NCBI GenBank assembly: GCA_001784875.1
Contig: MFSH01000006.1
Coordinates: forward strand, 1-60,556
DNA length: 60,556 nt
From: Candidatus Moranbacteria bacterium RIFOXYB1_FULL_43_19
GTDB lineage: Bacteria; Patescibacteriota; Minisyncoccia; Moranbacterales; UBA11712
Reading direction: 5' to 3'
A model generated the notes under the pieces. It was not told where the DNA came from. It saw only the letters and a list, made by a program, of their open reading frames with translations, and did no database searches. The translations under genes and the position numbers were made by a program. Of this stretch, positions 35,796 to 45,647 are shown piece by piece; within the stretch, counting starts at the first letter, position 1, and each line of letters begins with the position of its first letter.

Positions 35796-36833
35796 ATGCC
35801 CAAGAAAAAATTGCCGGACAATCAAATAGCGTTTTATCAGACTCCGGACGGGTCGGTGAACATTGAAGTGCTTTTCGCCCGCGAAAACATGTGGCTCACG
35901 CAAAAGCGAATGGCCGAGCTTTTTGATACGACCGCTCAAAATATTACGATGCATCTGAAAAATATCTACTCTGAAGGAGAATTAGAAGAGCGGGCAACTT
36001 GTAAGGATTTCTTACAAGTTCAAAAAGAGGGAGAAAGAGAAGTAAAGAGAAATCTGACTTTTTATTCCCTCGAAGCCATTATAGCTGTCGGTTATCGCGT
36101 CAATTCTGAACGCGGCACTCAATTCCGCCAGTGGGCGATTGCCATCTTGAAAGAATATATTCACAAGGGCTTTGCTTTGGACAGCGACCGTTTCAAACAC
36201 GGATCAAGATTCAGCGCCAGATTCTTTGACGATTTGCTGGAAGAAATTCGTGACATCAGAAGCAGCGAGAGGATGCTTTATCAGAAAATCACCGATATTT
36301 ACGCGACAGCGATCGATTATTCGCCGAAAACGGAAATCACCAAAAAATTTTTCGCCGCCGTCCAAAACAAATTGCATTTCGCCATCACTGGCAAAACCGC
36401 CGCGGAAATAATCAGCGAGCGGGTGAGCAGCAAAAAGAATAAATTAGGTCTGACCTCGTGGCACCGTGGACCGAAAGGAAAAATAATGCCAAGCGACGTC
36501 GTAATCGCAAAAAATTATTTGAACAGGAAAGAACTCGATCATCTGAACAGAATAGTTTCCTTGTATCTTGATTATGCCGAATTGCAGGCCGCGAGAAGAA
36601 AGCCGATGCGCATGAAAGATTGGGCGGAAAAACTGAACGCATTTTTGAAATTTAGCGAATATGAAATTTTGACCAACGCCGGGAAAATAAGCCATGAAGT
36701 CGCGGAGAGTTTGGCTTTGGGTGAATACGAAAAATTCAACAAGATTCAGGATAAAAACTATATTTCCGATTTTGACCGCGAAGTCAAGAAAATATTAGGC
36801 GTTAAAAATAAGAAAAAAAAGCATGAAAATTGA
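35796..36833 (+). CDS. RhuM family protein
   Basis: WLTQKRMAELF, YSLEAIIAVGYRVNSERGTQFRQWA, IRDIRSSER..YQKITDIYA, VQNKLHFA. Confidence 0.93.
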   Translation: MPKKKLPDNQIAFYQTPDGSVNIEVLFARENMWLTQKRMAELFDTTAQNITMHLKNIYSEGELEERATCKDFLQVQKEGEREVKRNLTFYSLEAIIAVGYRVNSERGTQFRQWAIAILKEYIHKGFALDSDRFKHGSRFSARFFDDLLEEIRDIRSSERMLYQKITDIYATAIDYSPKTEITKKFFAAVQNKLHFAITGKTAAEIISERVSSKKNKLGLTSWHRGPKGKIMPSDVVIAKNYLNRKELDHLNRIVSLYLDYAELQAARRKPMRMKDWAEKLNAFLKFSEYEILTNAGKISHEVAESLALGEYEKFNKIQDKNYISDFDREVKKILGVKNKKKKHEN

Positions 36834-37915
36834 TCTACATAAAATTACAATCCGCAAAGTAATCGTTGGCTATAAAGATAGTGCCGAGGAGGGCGTTGTG
36901 GCTTACGACGGCAAGCTTGATATTCGTCCGAAATATCAGCGTGAGTTCGTGTATAAAGAGAAGCAACGCAATGCCGTGATAGAAACTATCAAAAACAGTT
37001 TTCCATTGAATGTGATGTATTGGATGATAAGAGATGATGGTGGTTTTGAAGTGTTGGACGGCCAACAGCGCACCATCAGCATTGGGCAATATGTGAATGG
37101 CGATTTTTCGCTGAACGACCGTTTTTTTCATAATCTCACCAAAGAAGAACAGGACAAAATTTTGGATTATGAATTGATGATATATTTTTGCGAAGGCACG
37201 GACAAAGAAAGATTGGATTGGTTCAGAATCATCAATGTCGCCGGAGAAAAGTTGACCGACCAGGAAATCCGCAACGCGGTTTACACGGGGCCGTGGCTTT
37301 CTGACGCAAAACTGAAATTCAGCAAATCAAACTGCACGGCATATCTGTTGGCGAATGACGGCGGGCAATTAGTCGGTGGTTCGCCAATCCGGCAGGAGTA
37401 TCTCGAAACTGCTCTTTCGTGGATAAACGACGGCAAGATAGAAGATTATATGGCCAAGCACCAACATAATCAGAACGCTGAAGAATTGTGGCAGTACTTT
37501 CAAGAAGTGATTGCATGGACGCGAAAGATTTTTCCGAATTATCGCCGGGAAATGAGCGGCGTGCAGTGGGGCGAGCTGTATAACCGATTCAAAGATAAAA
37601 AATTTGATTCAAAGAAACTGGAAAAAGAAATAACCAAGTTGATGCAAGACGAAGATGTGACAAAAAAATCCGGAATTTATCCGTATGTTTTGACTCGAAA
37701 TGAAAAATTTTTGAACATTAGGGCGTTTACGGAGAAACAAAAAAAGAGAAGCATATGAAAGGCAAAAAGGTAACTGCAAAAAATGCAAGAAACACTTCGA
37801 AATAGAAGAAATGGAAGCCGATCATATAAAACCTTGGCATGAGGGCGGAAAAACTGTTTCAAAAAATTGCCAAATATTGTGCAAGCAAGACAATCGGACT
37901 AAATCCGGGAAGTAA
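36823..37915 (+). pseudogene. DUF262 (ParB/GmrS-like)-HNH nuclease interrupted by a +1 frameshift
   Basis: RPKYQREFVY and EVLDGQQR in 36823..37758; the next frame after the A7 run (37739-45) reads REAYERQKGNCKKC...EADHIKPWHEGGKT...NCQILCKQDNRTKSGK*. Confidence 0.85.
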
Positions 37916-37983
37916 TCATTCCTAAAATTAAACATTGGAAAATTAAGGCAAGCAAAAAAATAAATTTTAATCTTTCAAAAACA

Positions 37984-38169
37984 ATGAAAAGCAAAAAGCC
38001 GAAAAAAGCGAAAAGGGGAGCGAAGTTGGACGATTTTCTTTTTGATGATTGCCCGATCTGCCGGGCCATGAAAAAAGCCAACGAGCAGGGAAAAAATTTA
38101 GATGGAGAAGATCTTCTGAAAGCGTTTGCCGAAGCGAACAAAAAAACGAAACATTCCAAAATGCCATGA
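37984..38169 (+). CDS. Small hypothetical protein with CxxC
   Basis: 61 aa, DDCPICRAMK; ATGA overlap with the next gene. Confidence 0.7.
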   Translation: MKSKKPKKAKRGAKLDDFLFDDCPICRAMKKANEQGKNLDGEDLLKAFAEANKKTKHSKMP

Positions 38170-38915
38170 AGCCGCGTTATGCCTTGGATAAAATAAAATT
38201 CGCGACCGACGCCCCGACATTCGAGCGGGGGATTGGGCTGTATGAAAGCGGAAAAGTGAAAGATTTCCAGGAAAATATTCACGGATATTCGGCGATTGTC
38301 CTAGGGAGCAAGCCATATAATGTTTCCATTTCAAATCGCTATTACGATCAGGGAAATTGCGATTGTTATCTTGGGGAAAATGATATCCTCTGCAAGCACA
38401 TGGTGGCAGTGGCGCTTCAAGCGGTTTTGGGTGGGAAAAAAATCTCCAGTGAAGATAAAAAGCAGCCTAGTGAAGCAAGTTGCAGCGGCAAAATCGGAAA
38501 ACTTTCCAAAACAGAAATCTCTTCCGTAAAAAAATTAATCACTGATGCCATGCGGTACATTAAGCCCTATAATGGCCCATCGCGCGTCTGGTTTCAATAT
38601 CAAGACTCTTTGAGCGAAGGATGCGCTAGATTGTCGGCAATTGTATCCAGTTTGCCGGTGAGCAAGGATACCGCGAAAATTTTAGTTGGCATGCTTTTGC
38701 GACTCGATAAAAAAATATGCGGCGGAGTTGATGATTCAGACGGCACAGTCGGCGGTTTTATCGAAGAAACCACCGTAGTTCTCCGAAAATACGCTGAACT
38801 GGATCCAAAATGCATTGAAGCATTTGAAAAACTAAGGGGCGAGGAAACCTGTTTTGGCTGGGAAGATCCGCTTCTGAATATTTCAACGAGAAACCGTTCA
38901 TCAAACACAAACTAA
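38166..38915 (+). CDS. SWIM zinc-finger domain protein
   Basis: FERGIGLYESGKV, CDCYLGENDILCKHMVA (SWIM CxC...CxH), DDSDGTVGG. Confidence 0.85.
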   Translation: MKPRYALDKIKFATDAPTFERGIGLYESGKVKDFQENIHGYSAIVLGSKPYNVSISNRYYDQGNCDCYLGENDILCKHMVAVALQAVLGGKKISSEDKKQPSEASCSGKIGKLSKTEISSVKKLITDAMRYIKPYNGPSRVWFQYQDSLSEGCARLSAIVSSLPVSKDTAKILVGMLLRLDKKICGGVDDSDGTVGGFIEETTVVLRKYAELDPKCIEAFEKLRGEETCFGWEDPLLNISTRNRSSNTN

Positions 38916-38942
38916 CATAAAGAAGAAATTTTGACCCTAATT

Positions 38943-38976
38943 TTTTCTTGCAAGAAAACGCCTAAGGCTTTAGTAT
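38943..38976 (+). promoter_or_regulatory. iscS promoter with a perfect 16-bp palindrome over the -35 box
   Basis: TTGCAA-17 nt-TAGTAT; palindrome TTTTCTTGCAAGAAAA (38943-58). Confidence 0.5.
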
Positions 38977-38986
38977 TATATTACAT

Positions 38987-40192
38987 ATGCGAAAGAAAAA
39001 GGTTTATCTTGATTATGCTTCGACCACCCCGCTTGATCCGCGGGTTTTTGCCGCGATGAAGCCATATTTTTCGCAAAAGTTTGGAAACCCGATGTCTCTC
39101 CATTCTTTCGGGAAAGAGGCGAGTGAAGCAGTTGAAAAGGCCCGCAAGCAAGCGGCTGATTTTTTCGGATGCGAACCGAGTGAAATTATTTTCACCTCAG
39201 GAGCGACAGAAAGCAACAATTTCGCCGTCAAAGGGACAGTGATAGCTTTTGCTTCCCATTCCAGAAAAAAAACAAAGCCTCACATTATTACTACGCAGTT
39301 TGAGCACTCCTGCGTTCTTGCTTCGTGCAAAAAAATTGAAGAGCAGGGGATGGCTGATGTTTCTTTGGTCCCGGTTTCCCGGGAAGGGATTATTAGCATA
39401 AATGACCTGAAAAATGAAATCCGGGAAAATACGATTCTTGTTTCAGTGATGTATGCAAACAACGAAATCGGCACCATCCAGCCGATAAAAGAAATCGGTA
39501 AAATTCTTGAAAAAATAAACCGTGAGCGGGAAATGAAAAATCTTCCCCAGATCGCGTTCCACACCGATGCAGTGCAAGCGATAAACTATCTCGACTGCCG
39601 CGTAGACAGCCTTGGAGTTGACCTCCTCACAGCTTCAGGACACAAAATATACGGCCCAAAGGGCATTGGATGTCTCTATATCCGCAAGAACACGCCCATT
39701 CGGCGCATCCAGGATGGCGGAGGGCACGAAAGCGGCCTTAGGGCCGGAACTTTGAACGTCCCCGGAATCGTCGGATTCGGGGAGTCTCTCCGGATCGCCG
39801 AAAAAGAAAGAAGGAGAAATTACAAAATAGTTGAGAAAATGAGAGATTACCTGATTTTAAGAATTCTCAAGGAGATAAAAGGAGTGAGGCTCAACGGATC
39901 AAGAATAAAAAGAATTCCCAATAATATTAATCTGACTCTGATAAATGTTGAGGGAGAGGGAATGCTCCTGGGACTTGATATGAAGGGTGTTGCCGTCTCA
40001 ACCGGAAGCGCTTGCTCGTCCGGAGACCTTCGCCCATCGCACGTCCTCACGGCTATCGGAGTGAGCGAGGAAGAAAGCCACGGAAGCCTTCGGGTGACGC
40101 TCGGAAAATACACAACCAAACAGGAGGCTGATTATTTTTTGAATTCGCTGAAAGAGGTGGTCACCCGGCTTCGAAAAATCGCGGGGAAATGA
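38987..40192 (+). CDS. iscS: Cysteine desulfurase (IscS/NifS)
   Basis: YLDYASTTP, FTSGATESNN, HTDAVQA, SGHKIYGPKG, STGSACSS. Confidence 0.96.
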   Translation: MRKKKVYLDYASTTPLDPRVFAAMKPYFSQKFGNPMSLHSFGKEASEAVEKARKQAADFFGCEPSEIIFTSGATESNNFAVKGTVIAFASHSRKKTKPHIITTQFEHSCVLASCKKIEEQGMADVSLVPVSREGIISINDLKNEIRENTILVSVMYANNEIGTIQPIKEIGKILEKINREREMKNLPQIAFHTDAVQAINYLDCRVDSLGVDLLTASGHKIYGPKGIGCLYIRKNTPIRRIQDGGGHESGLRAGTLNVPGIVGFGESLRIAEKERRRNYKIVEKMRDYLILRILKEIKGVRLNGSRIKRIPNNINLTLINVEGEGMLLGLDMKGVAVSTGSACSSGDLRPSHVLTAIGVSEEESHGSLRVTLGKYTTKQEADYFLNSLKEVVTRLRKIAGK

Positions 40193-40194
40193 TT

Positions 40195-40274
40195 TTGGTA
40201 TCTAGTGTTTAGTATTTTGTATAATAGATGTCCCATTATAGTATGCTAAATACCAGATACTAAATACTAGATAT
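40195..40274. repeat. Head-to-head heptamer arrays between iscS and iscU
   Basis: TTGGTAT CTAGTGT TTAGTAT TTTGTAT ... TAAATAC CAGATAC TAAATAC TAGATAT. Confidence 0.75.
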
Positions 40275-40280
40275 AAAATT

Positions 40281-40703
40281 ATGTATTCCAATCTCGTTCT
40301 CAAACATTTTACCAAACCCAAAAACCAGGGCCGGATGAAAAATCCTGACGGAGTCGGCACGGTCGGAAATCCGACTTGCGGAGATATCATGACTGTTTAT
40401 ATCAAAGTGAAAAAAAAGAACGACAAAGAAATTATCTCTGACATCAAATTTGAGACGCTTGGCTGCGCTGCCGCGATAGCGACATCATCTATGGTGACGC
40501 AAATGGCTAAGGGGAAAAATTTGGACGCGGCATCGGAAATTACCCGCAGTGATATCGCCGAAGGCCTCGAGGGGCTCCCGCCAGCCAAAATGCATTGTTC
40601 AAACCTGGCTGCAGATGCCTTGAAGCGGGCAATTGAAGATTATAGGATCAGGGACTTGAAGAAAAACAAAACGTCGACTAAAACAAAGAAAATGGGAAAA
40701 TAA
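40281..40703 (+). CDS. iscU: Fe-S cluster scaffold, IscU/NifU N-terminal type
   Basis: HFTKPKN.G, GNPTCGD, FETLGCAAAIATSS, LPPAKMHCSNLA. Confidence 0.94.
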   Translation: MYSNLVLKHFTKPKNQGRMKNPDGVGTVGNPTCGDIMTVYIKVKKKNDKEIISDIKFETLGCAAAIATSSMVTQMAKGKNLDAASEITRSDIAEGLEGLPPAKMHCSNLAADALKRAIEDYRIRDLKKNKTSTKTKKMGK

Positions 40704-40736
40704 TTTTTTCTATATATACTGATTATATAAGGAATG

Positions 40737-40766
40737 AGCCCCCAAAGAAAAGAGTGGGGGCTTTTT
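40737..40766 (+). terminator. Intrinsic terminator after iscU
   Basis: AGCCCCCA...TGGGGGCT followed by TTTT. Confidence 0.75.
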
Positions 40767-40840
40767 GTATGAAAAATATTCTTTTTATAAATTCCTTTTA
40801 TTCAAGGGAAAAATAGAAGGGAGGGGGTTTGGGATTGATA

Positions 40841-40876
40841 TAATATGTCGTACAATGTTGCTTATGCGACATATTA
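40841..40876. repeat. Intergenic inverted repeat (terminator or repeat element)
   Basis: TAATATGTCG (40841-50) and CGACATATTA (40867-76), perfect 10-bp stem. Confidence 0.55.
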
Positions 40877-40918
40877 AGTGGATTTTAAGCTGACTCAGCT
40901 AAAAGAAAAATTATTTTT

Positions 40919-42343
40919 TTATTTGTGATAAATTATCATCTGGTCAATCGTTACTCCGCTCCCGTACAAGGCGCCTACGTATGCTTTTGTCGAGCTCAAG
41001 AAAATATTCGATCCCCAATAAGGATCATGGACAACGTATTCGCCGTTTTTGTCCTTTCCGTGAATGACTACGTAATGGCCCGCTCCCCTCTTGGTGGCTT
41101 TCACGAAAACGATGACCGGATTATCATTTTTTATTTCTTTATCCACTGTGTCCCAGTCTATGTTTCCATGCCCGGTCGACGAAGCCAGGCTGACGCCTTT
41201 CCAGGCCTGAGGCCAGACAATCAGGTCATGATAAAAAATTGGCTGCTGGGCGAGGGTGCCTGGATTGATGTCGACGCCATGGTAGCGGAAAACCATCGCC
41301 ACCGCCGTCACCGCGCAGCCATAACTTTTCATCAGCGTATTTGAAAACCCGATATGCTGGTCTCCCCAGCGGGAATCGCGCTGTGAAAAATACCACTTCG
41401 TCGAAGCCAGACCCGATTTCGGTTTTTCAAGTTTTGCTTCGATAGCCGCCAACTCCGAACTTTTTTCTTCCGAAAGCTCAGAGATGTCTCCGAGAAGTTC
41501 CTGCTTCTGCTCTTCAACTCTCGCCAGGAGATCCTGGTATTTTTGCTCCTCTCCCTGCGTTTGGCTCAAGAGACTTTCTTTGGAAGCCTGCTCGTTGTCA
41601 ATGCTGCGCTTTTTTTCCAAAATTTTTCCTTGCTTTTCTTTCTGCTCGTCATTTTTCTTTTGGAGTTCCTTCTGGTCGTTTTCAAGTTCGTCTCTGGCGC
41701 TGATGACCGTCGCAAGGATCTCGTCAACTTTCGCCCCCGTCTGTGCCGCATAGTCCGACTGGCTCAAAAATTCGGAGAGGTTTGTGTTCCGTAAAAAAAA
41801 TTCTACCAGGGAGTCCTGGTTTGTCTCATAATATGACTGGATGACACCGGCCAGTATTTTTTTCTTGTTCTCGATATCTTCTTCCTTTTCCCCGATTTGC
41901 AACGAAAGACCGTTGATCTCTCCTGTTGTCTTGTTGATATCCTCCTGCAGCCTGACAATATCACTCGTGAGGCTCGCAATTTGGCCTTCCATGAGGTCAA
42001 TCTGGTTTTGGAGGGTCTGGGCCTTGTTCTGCTTCATTTCAATCATCTGGCGGTAGCTTTCGGCTTTTTTTTGAAGATCTTCGATCTGCTCTTGCTTGTC
42101 CTCGATCTGCTGTTGATTGGCATTGTCCGTGCTGCTCGGTGTTGTGCTTTGAGCAATAACATTATTTTTCAAATAATAAGAAAAAATTGCGATCAGGAAA
42201 ATATATAAAAATGTCGTGGCGAAGCCTGACAGAAACTGCGATACCGTTGCAGGAGGGCGATACCATATTTTTGTTTTTTTCCGCCCGAAACGGATAAGCC
42301 TTTGGCGGAGATTTTTGATTTTTGATTTATTATTGTCTAACAT
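40919..42343 (-). CDS. Secreted coiled-coil protein with a C-terminal C39-like (papain-fold) peptidase domain
   Basis: TM/signal helix, long Q/E/K coiled coil, YFSQRDSRW...YGCAVTAVAM...HYVVIHG...VHDP. Confidence 0.85.
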   Translation of the reverse strand: MLDNNKSKIKNLRQRLIRFGRKKTKIWYRPPATVSQFLSGFATTFLYIFLIAIFSYYLKNNVIAQSTTPSSTDNANQQQIEDKQEQIEDLQKKAESYRQMIEMKQNKAQTLQNQIDLMEGQIASLTSDIVRLQEDINKTTGEINGLSLQIGEKEEDIENKKKILAGVIQSYYETNQDSLVEFFLRNTNLSEFLSQSDYAAQTGAKVDEILATVISARDELENDQKELQKKNDEQKEKQGKILEKKRSIDNEQASKESLLSQTQGEEQKYQDLLARVEEQKQELLGDISELSEEKSSELAAIEAKLEKPKSGLASTKWYFSQRDSRWGDQHIGFSNTLMKSYGCAVTAVAMVFRYHGVDINPGTLAQQPIFYHDLIVWPQAWKGVSLASSTGHGNIDWDTVDKEIKNDNPVIVFVKATKRGAGHYVVIHGKDKNGEYVVHDPYWGSNIFLSSTKAYVGALYGSGVTIDQMIIYHK

Positions 42344-42346
42344 GAA

Positions 42347-43825
42347 CTAATTCTCAGTTAAACTTATTGCTTTTTTAATTCTCTTTACGCTCTCCTTTTT
42401 CCCCACCACCCACGCAATTTCCCAGGGAGAAGGACTTTTTTCTTTTCCGGTAAGCGCCACCCGAAGCGGCCAAAGAAGCGCCCCTCTGTTTTTTGGATCA
42501 GCCACGGCCATCAATTTATTTTTCAAATTTACCAAATCCCAATTTTTTTCTTCGGCCTCCCCCATCACCTCCAAAGATTTTTGAAGCGAAGTTAAAATTT
42601 CTTTTTTGTCCATTTTTTTCCAGACTAAAAGATTCTTTTCATATACAGGTTCCTCGAGATATATTTTTGCAGCTTCCTTAATATCCGACAATTTTTTCAT
42701 TCTTTCTTTTTCAACTGTAATGATTTTTTCAAGATATTCATCTGACAACCTATCATTATCTTCCCCTAGGTATGGCCGACTCGGCTCAACAAGTTCGGCA
42801 TCTTTCTTTTCTCGAGTATAAATTCCGTTCATCCAATCCAGTTTTTCCCTGTCAAAAATTGCACCAGACTTATTGAGTTTTGATAAATCGAATTCTTCGA
42901 TTAATTCTTCCAAAGAGAAAATTTCTTTTTCCGTTTTGGGGTTCCAGCCAAGCAGAGCAATAAAATTTATCACTGCCTCTGGAAGGTATCCTTTTTTCGT
43001 AAAGTCTTCAACGCTCACGTCACCGTCGCGTTTGGATAGTTTGCGCTTGGTAGTCTTGTTAAGTATCACACAAAGATGAGCGTATTCCGGCGCTTCCCAC
43101 CCAAAGGCCTGAAACATAAGGATGTGCTTGGGCGTGCTCGGCAGCCACTCTTCTCCCCGGAATACCAGACTCGTTTTCATCAAATGGTCGTCAATGACAT
43201 GCGCCAAATGATAGGTCGGATAGCCGTCTGATTTTAAAATCACAAAATCGTCAAGGTTTTTGTTTGCGAAGCTTATTTTCCCGCGCACCGCGTCCGTGAA
43301 CCCGGTCTCCCCTGTTTCTGGAACATCAAATCGAACGACGTATTTTTCCCCGCCAGCGATTCTTTTTTTCGCCTCCTTCAGTGAAACATCCTTTCGGCAC
43401 AGTTTGTCGTAAGCCGGAGCAAGCTTTGCCTGTTCCTGAACCGCCCGCAGGCTGTCGAGCCTTTCCGGCGTGCAGAAGCAATAATAGGCTTTCCCCTTCT
43501 CGACAAGCTCGTGGGCGTATTCTTGGTAAATATTGAGTCTCTTCGATTGGATATACGGCCCATACTTGCCTCTTTCAGAAATATCTCCTGATTTTCCCGC
43601 GAAAACTCCTTCTTCGGGCATTACTCCGGCCCATTTCAATGATTCAATAAGTTTTGCAATCGCGTCCGGAACAATTCTTTTTTGGTCTGTATCTTCGATC
43701 CGCAAAAAATAATCTCCCCCTTTTTTTTTGGCATAGAGAAAATTATAAAGCGCCGTCCGAAGGCCTCCGATATGCAAATATCCGGTTGGACTGGGAGCAA
43801 ATCGCACCCTTGGTTTTTCTTTCAT
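42347..43825 (-). CDS. gltX: Glutamate--tRNA ligase
   Basis: RFAPSPTGYLHIGG, RIEDTD, PTYHLAHVIDD, KLSKR. Confidence 0.98.
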   Translation of the reverse strand: MKEKPRVRFAPSPTGYLHIGGLRTALYNFLYAKKKGGDYFLRIEDTDQKRIVPDAIAKLIESLKWAGVMPEEGVFAGKSGDISERGKYGPYIQSKRLNIYQEYAHELVEKGKAYYCFCTPERLDSLRAVQEQAKLAPAYDKLCRKDVSLKEAKKRIAGGEKYVVRFDVPETGETGFTDAVRGKISFANKNLDDFVILKSDGYPTYHLAHVIDDHLMKTSLVFRGEEWLPSTPKHILMFQAFGWEAPEYAHLCVILNKTTKRKLSKRDGDVSVEDFTKKGYLPEAVINFIALLGWNPKTEKEIFSLEELIEEFDLSKLNKSGAIFDREKLDWMNGIYTREKKDAELVEPSRPYLGEDNDRLSDEYLEKIITVEKERMKKLSDIKEAAKIYLEEPVYEKNLLVWKKMDKKEILTSLQKSLEVMGEAEEKNWDLVNLKNKLMAVADPKNRGALLWPLRVALTGKEKSPSPWEIAWVVGKKESVKRIKKAISLTEN

Positions 43826-43832
43826 ATGCGGT

Positions 43833-44354
43833 TTAAGCCGTTATGATTATGAAAGGATTTTGCCAGTATAAAAAAATTGTGAGCAGAACCGCCGCCAGCC
43901 AAAGATTTCTCAAAACAAAATATGCTGTCGGATTGTTGAAAAACTTCCATCCAGAAAGAAATCCTGTTCTTGAAAAACTGCTTTCCGCCGCTGTCGCTAT
44001 GATGAATATAAGAGCAAAAAAAAGAAAAAAGAAAAGAGCCAGAGTGTCAGAAACAAATGCTGCTTTTTGGATCATGTTTCCAAACAAATAGCGGGCAACC
44101 GGAGCATATATCATCTGGAAAAAAAATATGAAAGAAATGAGCGCTGAACTCGCCATCCTTTCAATTCTTGCTGCAAAGTCTTCTTCATATTGCTGATTCG
44201 AAACAAGAACCGCTAAAAAATAAAAAAACAAAATTATGTGGATAAAATAAGCCAGCCGTCCGTCCATATCAATGCTCCCTTTGAGCAGAAAAAGGCCGAG
44301 CGCTGCCGCTAAGACTGTCGACACAACTAATGAAAATTTCCTTTGGCTCGTCAT
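43833..44354 (-). CDS. Hypothetical membrane protein (about 5 TM)
   Basis: 173 aa hydrophobic ORF tightly packed between wecB/tagA and gltX. Confidence 0.7.
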   Translation of the reverse strand: MTSQRKFSLVVSTVLAAALGLFLLKGSIDMDGRLAYFIHIILFFYFLAVLVSNQQYEEDFAARIERMASSALISFIFFFQMIYAPVARYLFGNMIQKAAFVSDTLALFFFLFFALIFIIATAAESSFSRTGFLSGWKFFNNPTAYFVLRNLWLAAVLLTIFLYWQNPFIIITA

Positions 44355-44358
44355 CTGA

Positions 44359-45081
44359 TCATTTTTTATGGGTTAAGAATATCCAGGGAAAAACAATGAC
44401 CGCGTTTTTTATTCTCTTTATTCTTTTGGGTTCCTCAAGAAGCCGCCAGAGCCATTCAAGTCCAATTCTTCTCACCCATCGCGGCGCCCGCTTCATTTTT
44501 CCGCTGAGAAAATCGAAAGTTCCCCCCACTCCCGCCAAAATTTTCGCCCTTGGAAACTTTGAGCGATTTTCAAAAATAAAATTTTCCTGCTCCGGGGCTC
44601 CAAAATTCAAAAAAACAATTTCCGCTGATTTTGCCTCCTCGTTTTCAAAAAATTTTTCCCCGTTCCAATATTTCGCCCGTGTCTTGAAATTATATTTGCG
44701 CCCTATCCCCCGCTCTATTTCCTCGGGGCTGCTCAAGCTTTTTTTCGAAACGATAATCAGCGCAGTGATGCTTTTTTCTCTTGCCAGTTTCAGAACTCGT
44801 TCAACCAGGTCAACTCCGGTGTATCTCGAGTTTATTTTTCGACCCTTGATGCTGAATAAAAATTTTATCCCGAATCCGTCACAGAGATTCAAGTCGGCGC
44901 TATTGAGGACCTCTCGATATTCTTTGTTTTGATGCGCTTCAAGAACGATTTCCGGATTGAGCGTAGTCACAAATTTACGTTCCGGCGGATTATCAAGAGT
45001 ATTTTCTATCCAGCCGTTTATTTCGGCTCTTGAAAGATTATCAACTCTCACTCCCATTATTTTCAATGCATTCTCTCCCAT
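44359..45081 (-). CDS. WecB/TagA/CpsF family glycosyltransferase (GT26)
   Basis: TLNPE, ADLNLCDGFG, TGVDL, GAPEQE, GVGGTFD, KRAP.W....GLEWLWRL. Confidence 0.93.
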   Translation of the reverse strand: MGENALKIMGVRVDNLSRAEINGWIENTLDNPPERKFVTTLNPEIVLEAHQNKEYREVLNSADLNLCDGFGIKFLFSIKGRKINSRYTGVDLVERVLKLAREKSITALIIVSKKSLSSPEEIERGIGRKYNFKTRAKYWNGEKFFENEEAKSAEIVFLNFGAPEQENFIFENRSKFPRAKILAGVGGTFDFLSGKMKRAPRWVRRIGLEWLWRLLEEPKRIKRIKNAVIVFPWIFLTHKK

Positions 45082-45101
45082 TCGCTTTTGATTTTTCCGA
45101 A

Positions 45102-45647
45102 TTAGCGCAAAGAAAATGACTCCAGAACGTAATAAACTCTTTTTCCTTTCTCGAATTTGCTTTCAAAAAGCTCAATCGAAGAAACAGGCGCAGAAAATTC
45201 AAAGTTTTTTTCAATTTTCAGAGGAGGAGAAATTATTTTCCATTCTTTTTTTTGAATTCTTCCGAGCGTTATATGCGGCCTGAAGTCCTTTTTCTCTCTC
45301 GTGAAAAAACCCAGCGCCTTGTCTAATTGATATTTGAATTCTGAAAGCTCTTTGTTCTTTTCCCCTCTTATCCAGATCATTTTTTTTGCTTTGCTGTTTG
45401 GCCCCAGCTCCGCTCCCAAAAATTTGAGATCAAATGATTGGAAATTTTGGGCTAAGGCTTCAATTGAATGGCAAATGTCCAAAACATTTTCGTCCAGAAT
45501 ATAGCCTAAAAAATTCAATGTTATATGAAAATTTTCCTTCCGCACCCATTTTACGGGCAAATTCCTGTACTCTTTTTCGACAAATCGAAACAGGCGCTTT
45601 TTGATATCTTCCGGCAAGCTTATGGCCACAAATAAGCGCTTTTGCAT
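45102..45647 (-). CDS. thpR: RNA 2',3'-cyclic phosphodiesterase (2H family)
   Basis: RLFVAI; two HxT motifs (FHITLNFLG, PHITLGR); LFES. Confidence 0.93.
   Translation of the reverse strand: MQKRLFVAISLPEDIKKRLFRFVEKEYRNLPVKWVRKENFHITLNFLGYILDENVLDICHSIEALAQNFQSFDLKFLGAELGPNSKAKKMIWIRGEKNKELSEFKYQLDKALGFFTREKKDFRPHITLGRIQKKEWKIISPPLKIEKNFEFSAPVSSIELFESKFEKGKRVYYVLESFSLR

Noticed and set aside
37736-37760. A_AAA_AAG slippery heptamer suggesting programmed -1 frameshifting into the HNH domain
   Set aside because: The -1 frame reads EKHMKGKKVTAKNARNTSK* and stops. The HNH domain is in the +1 frame, so -1 frameshifting cannot produce it.
11606-45647. RtcB-like and ThpR as a joint RNA-repair operon
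   Set aside because: They are 32 kb apart with unrelated neighbours; nothing links them in the sequence.
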